The notes below the pieces were generated by a model. The model saw only the letters and a program-made list of their open reading frames with translations, had not been told where the DNA came from and did not search any database. From an uncultured SAR86 cluster bacterium (GTDB taxonomy: Bacteria > Pseudomonadota > Gammaproteobacteria > Magnimaribacterales > D2472): a stretch of DNA of 64,000 nucleotides. Positions 50,100-59,350 of the stretch are shown in pieces. The position numbers and the translations under genes are program-made. Numbering within the stretch: the first letter of the stretch is position 1; every line of letters begins with the position of its first letter. Where the stretch lies: assembly GCA_943789005.1 (NCBI GenBank), contig CALSSL010000002.1:141716-205715 (forward strand), written 5' to 3'.

Positions 50100-50753
50100 A
50101 TGTCATATCTTAAAACTATAATAATTCAGGTAACTCCTTTTATTCAAAATGCTTCAATAATTTATTGTGCTGAAACAAAAAAATGTGCATTTGTTGACCC
50201 TGGTGGCGATATAGAAATAATTCTGGAGAAAGCTAAGCAAGAAGAGCTTATACCTGAAAAAATTCTACTTACACATGGACATATCGATCATGCTGGCGGT
50301 GCCAATGAATTATCAGAAATATTAAACTTAGAAATTGAAGGACCTCATTTAGCAGATAAGTTTCTTCTAGATGATCTTCAAAGACAAGGTCAAATGTTTG
50401 GGATGATGGCTCAAAATTGTTCTCCTAGTAAGTGGTTGGACGAAGGCGATCATGTAACAATTGGGAATCAAATATTAAAAGTCTATTTTTGCCCTGGACA
50501 TACTCCTGGACACATCATTTTCTATAGTCATGAAAGTAAATTAGCTATAGTTGGGGATGTATTATTTCAAGGCTCAATTGGCAGAACTGATTTACCTGGA
50601 GGTAATCATAAACAATTAATACATTCTATTAAAGATAAATTGTGGCCATTGGGTAATGATGTGGACTTTATCCCAGGCCATGGCCCTATGTCCTCATTCG
50701 GTCAAGAAAGAAAATCAAATGCTTTCGTGTCCGATACTATGCTCAATAGTTAA
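50100..50753 (+). CDS. MBL-fold metallo-hydrolase (glyoxalase II-like)
   Basis: THGHIDHAGG metal motif and later His/Asp ligands (PGHTPGH, GDVLF, PGHG). Confidence 0.85.
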   Translation: MSYLKTIIIQVTPFIQNASIIYCAETKKCAFVDPGGDIEIILEKAKQEELIPEKILLTHGHIDHAGGANELSEILNLEIEGPHLADKFLLDDLQRQGQMFGMMAQNCSPSKWLDEGDHVTIGNQILKVYFCPGHTPGHIIFYSHESKLAIVGDVLFQGSIGRTDLPGGNHKQLIHSIKDKLWPLGNDVDFIPGHGPMSSFGQERKSNAFVSDTMLNS

Positions 50754-50754
50754 T

Positions 50755-51564
50755 CTATTTTTTGTCGTACCTGCCAGGCGCAAGACCTTTACCAAGTATA
50801 GACATAACAGATTGTGGAATATGTTTTAGGATAAACACAAGAATCTTGTATGTCTTGGTAGGAATGCATAATGATTTTCCAGATAAGGTTGCTTCAACTG
50901 CCTCTAATGCAACCCTTTTTGCTGAAAACTTCATAAATTTTGGAACCCTATCCATCTCATCTTGAACTCCACTAGCTGTGTGAAATCCGGTAACTGTAAA
51001 CCCAGGACAAACAGCTGTTGAGGTAATTCCTTTATGATTGTAGTTCATGTTTATAGAGTCGCTAAACCTATTCATAAAGGTTTTAATTGGTCCATATAGG
51101 GCCTGAATAGAGGATGGTGGTGAAAAGGCAGCTACAGATGAAACAACCATAATTTTGCCTGAGCCTCTCATGATCATGTCAGGTAAAAAAATCTTTGTCA
51201 TAGCTATTACAGCGATACCAAGCACCCTAATAAACTTCTCTTCTTCATCCATGGATGTTTCATGGAATGAAGTTTTTATACCATAGCCAGCATTATTTAC
51301 TAAAATATCAACTTGATAACCCTTATTAACACAGAAATTGAATATTTGATCAGGAGCGCTAGAGTCGCTTAAATCTGACGCAATAAAATCAACTTTAACT
51401 TTATATTTTTCAGAAATATCTCTTGAAGCAATCTCTAAAATGTTTTCTCTTCTAGCGGTTAGGATTAAATTGAAACCCTTTTCAGCTAAACAATTAGCAA
51501 TTTCTAAGCCTATGCCAGAGGAAGCTCCGGTTATTAATGCATATGAATCAGACATAACACTCAT
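50755..51564 (-). CDS. Short-chain dehydrogenase/reductase (SDR)
   Basis: ITGASSGIG, NNAG, and Y..(3)K (YGPIK). I prefer ATG 51564 over the TTG at 51612, which would leave only 16 nt to the divergent gene. Confidence 0.85.
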   Translation of the reverse strand: MSVMSDSYALITGASSGIGLEIANCLAEKGFNLILTARRENILEIASRDISEKYKVKVDFIASDLSDSSAPDQIFNFCVNKGYQVDILVNNAGYGIKTSFHETSMDEEEKFIRVLGIAVIAMTKIFLPDMIMRGSGKIMVVSSVAAFSPPSSIQALYGPIKTFMNRFSDSINMNYNHKGITSTAVCPGFTVTGFHTASGVQDEMDRVPKFMKFSAKRVALEAVEATLSGKSLCIPTKTYKILVFILKHIPQSVMSILGKGLAPGRYDKK

Positions 51565-51628
51565 ACTACCAGTATATATATTTCTAAGATAGAATAATCT
51601 GCTAACAATCAATAAAGAGAAAAATAAT

Positions 51629-54088
51629 ATGAAAATATTAAATCAAAATCTAAATAGATTTTTACTAACAGCGCTTAGCTGCATTCTGGTATTTGCCAAT
51701 GTAAATCTTCATGCTGATGATAATGAAATAGAAATTGAAGAATCTTCTGAAGCTTCAGAGCAAAAGAAAAATAAAAAGAACAAGAAAAAAGAATTTGAAT
51801 CAATAGAGGAGTTTATTGAAGATGGTGAATTTAAAAAAATAGAAGGCTTCATGAACATTCTTCATGAGATAAAAAAAGATAAATATTATTTAATCATTGA
51901 GAAAGAAAAACTTAATAAAGAATTTATTTATTTCACATACATTTTAAATGGTCCTCAAGCAGTTGGTGCTAGCGGAGGCTCTCTTGGAGATGGCTCTATA
52001 CTTGAATTTAGAAAATTCAAGGATGATATTGGACTCTATAAAATCAACACAAAATTTACATATGATGAACCAAATAAAATTTCTCAATCCAAGCTTACAA
52101 ATATAATAGAAGCTTTTATGGGAAGGTTTGAGGTGGTGGTTAAAGAAGAGGATAAATACTTGATCAGTGCTGATAAATTATTTCTAAGTGAAATCCTTAC
52201 AAGTGTTACGCCAAATATTCCAAAAGAATTTATGGAATATTACGACTTAGATATTGGGAAGCTTAGTAAAGAAAAAACATATATAGCTGATATAAGAAAT
52301 TATCCAAAAAATACGGCTATTGAAATTAATTATGGATTTTTTAATCCAAAACCAAAACCTTCCGGCGCGGTAGATGCGGTAGCTGATAAAAGATTCACAT
52401 TTATTGCTGCAAGGCATTTATTTGTTGAAATGCCAGATGATGGTTTTGAGACTAGGATTGCAGACCAAAGAATTGGTTACTTCTCTGAAAAAGTTACTGA
52501 TCTATCAACATATGATAATTACCCAGCGAGAGATCTTATGAATAGATGGAGGTTGGTTAAAAAAAATCCTGATGCTGAACTTTCAGAACCAGTTAAACCC
52601 ATAGTATTTTGGGTTGAAAATTCAACCCCTGAAGAAATAAGGCCTTTTGTAGTTAAAGGCATTGAAGGATGGAATGAAGCTTTTGAAGAAGCTGGTTTTA
52701 AAAATGCAATTGTTGCCAAAATTCAACCTGATGATGCTGATTGGGATGCGGGCGATGTTCAGTATAATGTTGTCAGATGGGCCTCTACACCTAGTCCTCG
52801 ATATTCTGGTTATGGTCCAAGTATTGCTAACCCTAGAACAGGTGAAATTATTGCAGCAGATATCGTCCAAGAGTTTAATGCTATAAAAAGAGGTTACACA
52901 TATAGAAAGCTTTGGGGCTATTCAGAGGACAATGATCCTTTAGAGCAATGGATTGTTTCATTAACAATGCATGAGGTTGGGCATACTCTTGGTTTAAGAC
53001 ATAATTTCAAATCTTCATGGATTTATAATGCAAAGGAGATTCACGATGTAAATATTACAGGTAAAAGCCATATAGGCTCTGTAATGGATTATGACCCTAT
53101 TAATATTGCGCCAGAAGGAGTTAAACAGGGTAATTATTTCCCTCATGCTCCAGGATCATATGATAGATGGGCAATTAAATTTGGATACACTCCAAATTTA
53201 AGTGATGATGAAAGAACTAAAATTTTATCCCAATCTGTTTTACCAGAATACATATTTGGCACAGATGGAGATGCTATGGGCTCCCCTGGATCAAATATTG
53301 ACCCAAGAGCAAAGAGATATGACCTATCAAGTGATCCAGTTACTTATACATCACAAAGAATAGATATTTTAAATTCAAAAATTAAAGAATTACCTTCAAT
53401 TTATTTAAATGACGGAGAAACTTCAACAGAATTTAGATCTACTTTTTTAAGCTTAACAAGAGAAAAAGGAAGATTTATGGAGGGAGTTTCAAGGCTTATT
53501 GGGGGGGTATATTCTAATAGAATGGTTAATGGTCAATCTAATATGACACCTTTTGAAGCGGTATCTTATGATGATCAAAAAAAGGCTATGAGCCTAATTA
53601 ATACCAAGCTCTTGTCGAATGATGCTTTTAGCTTTGATCCTGATTTACTAAAATATTTGCAAAGCCAAAAAAGAGCTGCTTATGCTCCTAGAAATGGAAA
53701 TGAAGATCCACAACTTCATGCTTTGGTACTAGGAATGCAAGGAAGAGTTTTGGCACATATACTTCATCCCAAAGTAATGCAAAGGCTTGTAGATAGCGCA
53801 CAATATGGTAATACTTATATGCCGTATGAGGTTCTTAACGATCTCTTTGATGGCATCTTTGTTCAAAAAGAGAATCCCAATACTTTTAAAATGAATTTAC
53901 AATCAAAATATGTTGATGAACTTATCGATGCTTTGTCTAATAAAGAATATGATGAAATTTCAAAATCTGCTATCTATTCATCGTTGATTGAAATAGAAAA
54001 ATTTTCTAAAAGACCTTACGGTGATGATTCATATAAAAATCATTTAAAATTTATAAACTGGAAAGTGAATAAAGCTCTAGATAGCTAA
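51629..54088 (+). CDS. Secreted zinc metalloprotease (HExxH; large N-terminal domain of unknown function)
   Basis: 819 aa with a signal peptide (LLTALSCILVFANVNLHA), an acidic/Lys-rich linker, and a zincin motif MHEVGHTLGLRHNF. Confidence 0.8.
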   Translation: MKILNQNLNRFLLTALSCILVFANVNLHADDNEIEIEESSEASEQKKNKKNKKKEFESIEEFIEDGEFKKIEGFMNILHEIKKDKYYLIIEKEKLNKEFIYFTYILNGPQAVGASGGSLGDGSILEFRKFKDDIGLYKINTKFTYDEPNKISQSKLTNIIEAFMGRFEVVVKEEDKYLISADKLFLSEILTSVTPNIPKEFMEYYDLDIGKLSKEKTYIADIRNYPKNTAIEINYGFFNPKPKPSGAVDAVADKRFTFIAARHLFVEMPDDGFETRIADQRIGYFSEKVTDLSTYDNYPARDLMNRWRLVKKNPDAELSEPVKPIVFWVENSTPEEIRPFVVKGIEGWNEAFEEAGFKNAIVAKIQPDDADWDAGDVQYNVVRWASTPSPRYSGYGPSIANPRTGEIIAADIVQEFNAIKRGYTYRKLWGYSEDNDPLEQWIVSLTMHEVGHTLGLRHNFKSSWIYNAKEIHDVNITGKSHIGSVMDYDPINIAPEGVKQGNYFPHAPGSYDRWAIKFGYTPNLSDDERTKILSQSVLPEYIFGTDGDAMGSPGSNIDPRAKRYDLSSDPVTYTSQRIDILNSKIKELPSIYLNDGETSTEFRSTFLSLTREKGRFMEGVSRLIGGVYSNRMVNGQSNMTPFEAVSYDDQKKAMSLINTKLLSNDAFSFDPDLLKYLQSQKRAAYAPRNGNEDPQLHALVLGMQGRVLAHILHPKVMQRLVDSAQYGNTYMPYEVLNDLFDGIFVQKENPNTFKMNLQSKYVDELIDALSNKEYDEISKSAIYSSLIEIEKFSKRPYGDDSYKNHLKFINWKVNKALDS

Positions 54089-54351
54089 GAACTATTTCTT
54101 TCTTCTTTTAACAATTTCATTTTCATTTTAGCGCCTCCAGGGGCGCTATATCCTCCGATACTTCCATCTGAACATATAACTCTGTGACAAGGTCTTTTAA
54201 TGGGTAATGGATTTTTACCACATGCGTTTGCAACAGCCCTAAAAGCATTAGGTCTTCCAATTTTCTGAGCTATCTCTTTGTAAGTAACTGTTTTTCCATA
54301 TGGGATCTTATCAATCTCTTCCCAAACCTTTTTTTGAAAATCTGTAGCCAA
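54085..54351 (-). CDS. Methylated-DNA--protein-cysteine methyltransferase family protein (DNA-binding/active-site domain only)
   Basis: 88 aa with the PCHRV active-site motif (IKRPCHRVICSDGSIGGY). Confidence 0.85.
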   Translation of the reverse strand: MATDFQKKVWEEIDKIPYGKTVTYKEIAQKIGRPNAFRAVANACGKNPLPIKRPCHRVICSDGSIGGYSAPGGAKMKMKLLKEERNSS

Positions 54352-54353
54352 TA

Positions 54354-54821
54354 TTACTTAGTCCATGCTGATATATGTTTGATTGCCTCTTCTTTATCAC
54401 AATCTAACCTAGCATATTTGGGCGTATCCATGGAAATCATCTGATCTGCAATTACATCTACCGATATATCTAAATTAGAAAGTAGACATGCGAGATCTTT
54501 TTTTGCTTCTATATTTTCCGTCTCAGATGTTAGCTTTTTTAAGTAATAATTTGTTTTAAATACTAATTGGCCCAATTCGATCAATGCCACTTCTAAATTT
54601 TCACATTCTTTATCTTCATATTTATCAATAGCATTTAAAATCCAGTAATAAGGCTTCGAAACTTTTGATTTTGCTTCTTCAAGATTGGGATAAAGTTTTG
54701 TGTGAGATTTTTCTTTAAACCAGTTATCTTCATGCTCAATAATGCATGACTCTTTAAGCTCAAATAGATATTTTTTAATATCTTGCTTTTTTGTTTTAAA
54801 TGGATATTTCATACTATTCAT
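54354..54821 (-). CDS. Hypothetical protein (155 aa)
   Basis: The ORF overlaps the rocD stop by 8 nt and ends 2 nt before the MGMT gene. No recognisable motifs. Confidence 0.5.
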   Translation of the reverse strand: MNSMKYPFKTKKQDIKKYLFELKESCIIEHEDNWFKEKSHTKLYPNLEEAKSKVSKPYYWILNAIDKYEDKECENLEVALIELGQLVFKTNYYLKKLTSETENIEAKKDLACLLSNLDISVDVIADQMISMDTPKYARLDCDKEEAIKHISAWTK

Positions 54822-56061
54822 ATTTCTGAAAAACTTTATCTATCTTTTTTAAAGCCCAATCTATTTCATCTTTTTTAATTACTAAAGGTGGTGCAAATCT
54901 AATAACGCTTTGATGAGTTTCTTTTGCCAATATGCCTTCTTTCATAAGAGAAAGGCAGATTTTTTTAGCAGAAATAGTTGAATCTAACTCAACACCAATC
55001 CACAGACCTTTGCCTCTAATTTCTTTAATAAAACTATACTTCATCTCAGAAAGTTGAGCTTTTAAGTATGATCCCATAACTTTGCTATTCTCAATTAAAT
55101 TATCTTCGAACAATAAATCAAGTGCTTTTGATGCCACTCTTGCGGCTAAAGGATTTCCACCAAATGTAGAACCATGAGAGCCTGGATTAAAATGACTCAT
55201 AACTTCTTTTGAGCTAAGGAATGCTGAAACTGGAAGTAAGCCACCGCCCAAAGCTTTACCAAGAATTAAACCGTCAGGTTTAATTCCCTCGTGTTCAAAC
55301 GCAAATAATTTTCCAGTTCTGCCAAGACCAGATTGAATCTCGTCCAGTATAAGCAATACATTATTTTCATTGCATAGGTCTCTTAATTGTCTAAGCCAGC
55401 CTGATTGCGGAGTAATAATTCCACCCTCGCCCTGTATGGGTTCTACTAATACAGCGCATGTATTTTTATTTAACGCATTTTTAATTGAGGTTATTGATTT
55501 TTCGCATACCTTTGAGCAATCACAGTTCGATCTACAATATTCAGCTTCAACAAACCCATTCGCAAAAGGTCCAAAACCTTTTTTATATTCCTCTTCAGAT
55601 GAAAAGCCCACAATGGTAGTGGTTCTTCCATGGAAATTTCCTTCTGCAACAATTATTTCAGCACAATCTTTTTGAATGCCCTTGGTAAAATACCCCCACC
55701 TTCTCGCGGCTTTAATGGCTGTTTCAACAGCCTCAGCACCCGTATTCATAGGTAAAACGGATTCAAAATTACTAATTTTTGATAGCTTTTCTATATATTC
55801 AGCAAATGGTTCTGTATAAAAAGCTCTAGAGCTAATTGATAGCTTTTTTGCCTGGTCTGTTAGAACCTTTATTAGCTCAGGATGTGAATGCCCATGACTT
55901 ACAGCGGAATAGGCTGACATCATATCTAGATATTTGTTTCCATCAACATCCCACAAATAAACGCCCTCACCTCTATTGAGAACTATTGGCAAAGGTGAGT
56001 AATTTTTAGCACCATAAACCTCTTCTTTAGCAATTAAGTTATTTTGTAAATTACTTGTCAT
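54814..56061 (-). CDS. rocD: Ornithine--oxo-acid aminotransferase (class III PLP aminotransferase)
   Basis: 415 aa, very OAT-like (YGAKNYSPLPIVLNRGEGVYLWDVDGNKYLDMMSAYSAVSHGH, DEIQSGLGRTG, LGKALGGG). Confidence 0.85.
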   Translation of the reverse strand: MTSNLQNNLIAKEEVYGAKNYSPLPIVLNRGEGVYLWDVDGNKYLDMMSAYSAVSHGHSHPELIKVLTDQAKKLSISSRAFYTEPFAEYIEKLSKISNFESVLPMNTGAEAVETAIKAARRWGYFTKGIQKDCAEIIVAEGNFHGRTTTIVGFSSEEEYKKGFGPFANGFVEAEYCRSNCDCSKVCEKSITSIKNALNKNTCAVLVEPIQGEGGIITPQSGWLRQLRDLCNENNVLLILDEIQSGLGRTGKLFAFEHEGIKPDGLILGKALGGGLLPVSAFLSSKEVMSHFNPGSHGSTFGGNPLAARVASKALDLLFEDNLIENSKVMGSYLKAQLSEMKYSFIKEIRGKGLWIGVELDSTISAKKICLSLMKEGILAKETHQSVIRFAPPLVIKKDEIDWALKKIDKVFQKYE

Positions 56062-56106
56062 AAGAGTATTCTACTCCTATAAAGATTCATGACATAGGGG
56101 AGCTTA

Positions 56107-57006
56107 ATGAAAAATCAATCATCAGATCATCTTTTTATGATAGAACCTGAAGTTTTTTATTCTAATGAACAAACTTTAGAATCTAATCATTATCAATATA
56201 AACATGATGAAGAATTAGAGAAAGTTGATATAAAAAAAAGGGCTTTAATAGAATTTAATGGTCTAAAATCTAAAATTGAAGAAAATGGCATAGCTGTTAC
56301 TTCAATGAAAGGTATAAAAGACTGTCCTGATCATATATTTCCTAACTGGTTTATCACATTTGAAGATAAAACATTTCAACTGTTTAGCATGAAAGCTGAG
56401 AATAGAAGATTAGAAAAAACAAACGAAATGGTTAATTTTTTATCTCAAAACTATCGTTTATCTGGAGATTTAACAGAATTTGAAAACCAAGGACTATTTC
56501 TTGAAGCTACAAGCAGTATGGTCTTTGACAGAGTTAATAGAGTTGTATATGCAGCATCCTCTGCGAGAACCCATAAAGATTTAACAAAGAAATGGTGCAA
56601 TGATAATGACTATGAGCTTGTTTTATTTGAAACAGTTAGTCATAAAGGCGACTCTATTTATCATACAGACGTTTTTATGTACGTTGGTCAAAAAGTTATA
56701 GGAATATGTTTTGATGTAATACTTCCTGAATTTAAAGATTTAGTTAGAGATAAGGTTACAAAATTTCATGACGTTTTTGAAATAGCAGAAAGTCAGATAT
56801 TAGATTTTTGTGGAAATAGTCTTGAGGCAAGAAATAAAGATAATGAATTTTTCTTAATTATGTCCTCAAGAGCTTTTAACGCACTAAGTGACAATCAAAA
56901 AATTCAACTTTCAAAATATTATAAAAAAATCATACATTCAGACCTAACAACTATCGAAAAGTATGGTGGGGGCTCTGCGCGTTGCATGTTAAATGAGTTG
57001 TTTTAA
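56107..57006 (+). CDS. Amidinotransferase/guanidino-group-modifying enzyme superfamily protein (citrulline-utilisation hydrolase CtlX-like)
   Basis: 299 aa with the C-terminal catalytic-Cys signature GGGSARCMLNELF. Divergent from rocD. Confidence 0.65.
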   Translation: MKNQSSDHLFMIEPEVFYSNEQTLESNHYQYKHDEELEKVDIKKRALIEFNGLKSKIEENGIAVTSMKGIKDCPDHIFPNWFITFEDKTFQLFSMKAENRRLEKTNEMVNFLSQNYRLSGDLTEFENQGLFLEATSSMVFDRVNRVVYAASSARTHKDLTKKWCNDNDYELVLFETVSHKGDSIYHTDVFMYVGQKVIGICFDVILPEFKDLVRDKVTKFHDVFEIAESQILDFCGNSLEARNKDNEFFLIMSSRAFNALSDNQKIQLSKYYKKIIHSDLTTIEKYGGGSARCMLNELF

Positions 57007-57854
57007 AATTCTTTAGCCCACTTAGCTGTAGTAATGGTTCCCCCTAATGGAAAAAAATGAACCTGTTCTATATTGAAGTTTGGATGATTTTCCTTATATT
57101 CTGCTAGCTCACTTATTATCGCTTTTGGTTCATATGGCATTAATAGCTTAGTTAAATCTAGCGCTCGTTTTTGCAATATTTTTATTGATGCCCCAACACC
57201 ACATTCCATAGAGTATCTCAATAAAGTTTGGAGTTTTGCTGGACCCGCTATACCAATATGTATTGGCAAATCAATGCCCATACCAGAAATTTCATTTGCC
57301 CATTCAATAACAGTTTTTGAATCGAAACAAAATTGTGTTGCTATTGCAATTCTGGCATCTGTTCTATTTGCAAATTCGTTTTTCCAAAGTAAAGCCTTAT
57401 TAACATTCTTGTTAGATTTATCTGGATCAATGTCTTTATTTCCCTCTGGATGACCTGCGATATGAATTCTTTTAAAATTAGCTTTATCAAATACTCCTGT
57501 TTCAATTAATTGAATTGAGGAATCAAAATCACCATAGGGCTTGTTAGCGCCCCCTGCAATAACAAGAGCTTCATTTACATTAGCTTCGTTTGAATATTGT
57601 GAAATCCAGTTACTTAAAACATTTATATTTTCAATAATTCTTGCAGGAAAATGAGGCATTGGCACAAAGCCCTCATCAGTTATTTTTTTTGCAGTTTTTA
57701 CCATATCCTCTATTGGAGTGCCTTCAATATGCGCAATATAGATTCGAGTATTTTGAGGGAGTACATCTGCAAAATTATCTATCTTTGCAGCTGCATTGGG
57801 GGTAACCTCTATGGAATAACCGTCTAGAAATTTATTGATTGTGCTATCTTTCAT
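57003..57854 (-). CDS. Methylenetetrahydrofolate reductase-family protein
   Basis: 283 aa with a TIM-barrel-like pattern resembling MetF-family proteins (SIEVTP..., IAGHPEG). The assignment is from overall resemblance only. Confidence 0.55.
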   Translation of the reverse strand: MKDSTINKFLDGYSIEVTPNAAAKIDNFADVLPQNTRIYIAHIEGTPIEDMVKTAKKITDEGFVPMPHFPARIIENINVLSNWISQYSNEANVNEALVIAGGANKPYGDFDSSIQLIETGVFDKANFKRIHIAGHPEGNKDIDPDKSNKNVNKALLWKNEFANRTDARIAIATQFCFDSKTVIEWANEISGMGIDLPIHIGIAGPAKLQTLLRYSMECGVGASIKILQKRALDLTKLLMPYEPKAIISELAEYKENHPNFNIEQVHFFPLGGTITTAKWAKEF

Positions 57855-57876
57855 GGCAATATTAAAACATAAAATA

Positions 57877-57967
57877 CTGGCGGAGAGTGAGGGATTCGAA
57901 CCCTCGAACCAGTTACCCAGTTACCTCCTTAGCAGGGAGGCGCTTTCGACCACTCAGCCAACTCTCC
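57877..57967 (-). tRNA. tRNA-Ser (anticodon GCU)
   Basis: Acceptor GGAGAGT/ACTCTCC, anticodon stem CCTCC/GGAGG with loop CTGCTAA, long variable arm, T-loop TTCGAAT, encoded CCA. Confidence 0.9.
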
Positions 57968-58014
57968 GAAATTGATGAAAGATTATAACTCTTTGATGAT
58001 AAAAAAATACCTAA

Positions 58015-59349
58015 TTATCTATTGAATTCTATTTGCATCCCTAAAGGGATGTCATCCCTAACTTGGCCATCTTCAAATGCTATATGTCCATTACAAATAG
58101 TCATATATATGGATGAATTAAAAGTCTTACCTAAAAAAGGTGACCATCCACACTTGTATAAAATATTTTCTTTGGTTACTTGGTATTTCTTATCAAGATC
58201 TACAACTACTAGATCGGCATAGTAACCTTCTCTAATAAATCCTCTATCTTTAACTTGGAATCTTCTAGCAACATTGTGAGTAGTTTTCTCAACAATGGTT
58301 TCAAGACTTAAAATATTTTGATGATAAAAGTCCATTAAAATTTGTAATCCATGCTGGACAAGCGGGAGACCTGCTGGTGCATCTTGATACTTCCTCATTT
58401 TCTCATCCCAGGTGTGTGGGGCATGATCTGTAGCAATAATATCAATTTTATTTTCATGAAGAGCTTTAATAAGGGCTAGTCTATCAGACTCCTCCTTAAT
58501 TGATGGATTACATTTGATTTGATTGCCAAGCTCAGCATAATCAGATTGATTGAAGTGCATATGATGAACACATACTTCTGATGTTATTTTTTTCCCACTA
58601 ACATCTCCTTTTGTAAATAATTCCATTTCTTTTTCTGTGGTTAAATGGAAAACATGAAGATCTGAATCATATTTTTTAGCTAGATCAACAGCAAGAGAGC
58701 TTGATAGATAACAACTTTCTACATCTCTAATTAAATGATGATGTTGAGCAGATAAATCATCACCATATTTTTCAAAAAATAACTGTTCATTTCTTTTAAC
58801 TGTTGTTTGATCTTCACAATGAGTTACCACAATAAGTGGTGAATAATTAAATATATCATCGAGTGCATCTAAGCTATCTACTAACATCTCTCCTGTAGAA
58901 GCGCCCATAAAAACTTTTAGCGCGGCTGCTTGATTGACATCAACCCTTTTTATTTCTTCAATATTGGTATTGCTTGCACCCAGATGAAAGGAATAATTTG
59001 AGCGAGATTTTGTGCTGGCAATATCAAACTTTTTACTTAAATTTTCATTGGTTGTAGTCGTTGGGTTTACGTTAGGCATTTCAAAATAACTGGTAACGCC
59101 CCCAGCTAGTCCCGCCCTAGACTCAGTTGCAATATCACCTTTATGAGTCAATCCTGGCTCTCTAAAGTGAACCTGATCATCAATTAATCCTGGTAAGACG
59201 TATTTACCTTCAACATCAATAATTTTTTTTGTTTCAGAGTCTATAGAGTCTTGAATTAATTCAATTCTATTATTCTTTATTGCAATATCGGATTCGATTA
59301 TTTTATTTTCGTTTACAATCCTACAGTTCTTTAAAATTAAATCATACAT
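58015..59349 (-). CDS. pyrC: Dihydroorotase-like cyclic amidohydrolase (type I, about 445 aa)
   Basis: I prefer the start MYDLILKNCRIV at 59349, 1 nt after the lysC stop. Motifs PGLIDDQVHFREPG, ALKVFMG, VVTHCED, ATDHAPH. Confidence 0.8.
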   Translation of the reverse strand: MYDLILKNCRIVNENKIIESDIAIKNNRIELIQDSIDSETKKIIDVEGKYVLPGLIDDQVHFREPGLTHKGDIATESRAGLAGGVTSYFEMPNVNPTTTTNENLSKKFDIASTKSRSNYSFHLGASNTNIEEIKRVDVNQAAALKVFMGASTGEMLVDSLDALDDIFNYSPLIVVTHCEDQTTVKRNEQLFFEKYGDDLSAQHHHLIRDVESCYLSSSLAVDLAKKYDSDLHVFHLTTEKEMELFTKGDVSGKKITSEVCVHHMHFNQSDYAELGNQIKCNPSIKEESDRLALIKALHENKIDIIATDHAPHTWDEKMRKYQDAPAGLPLVQHGLQILMDFYHQNILSLETIVEKTTHNVARRFQVKDRGFIREGYYADLVVVDLDKKYQVTKENILYKCGWSPFLGKTFNSSIYMTICNGHIAFEDGQVRDDIPLGMQIEFNR

Positions 59350-59350
59350 A

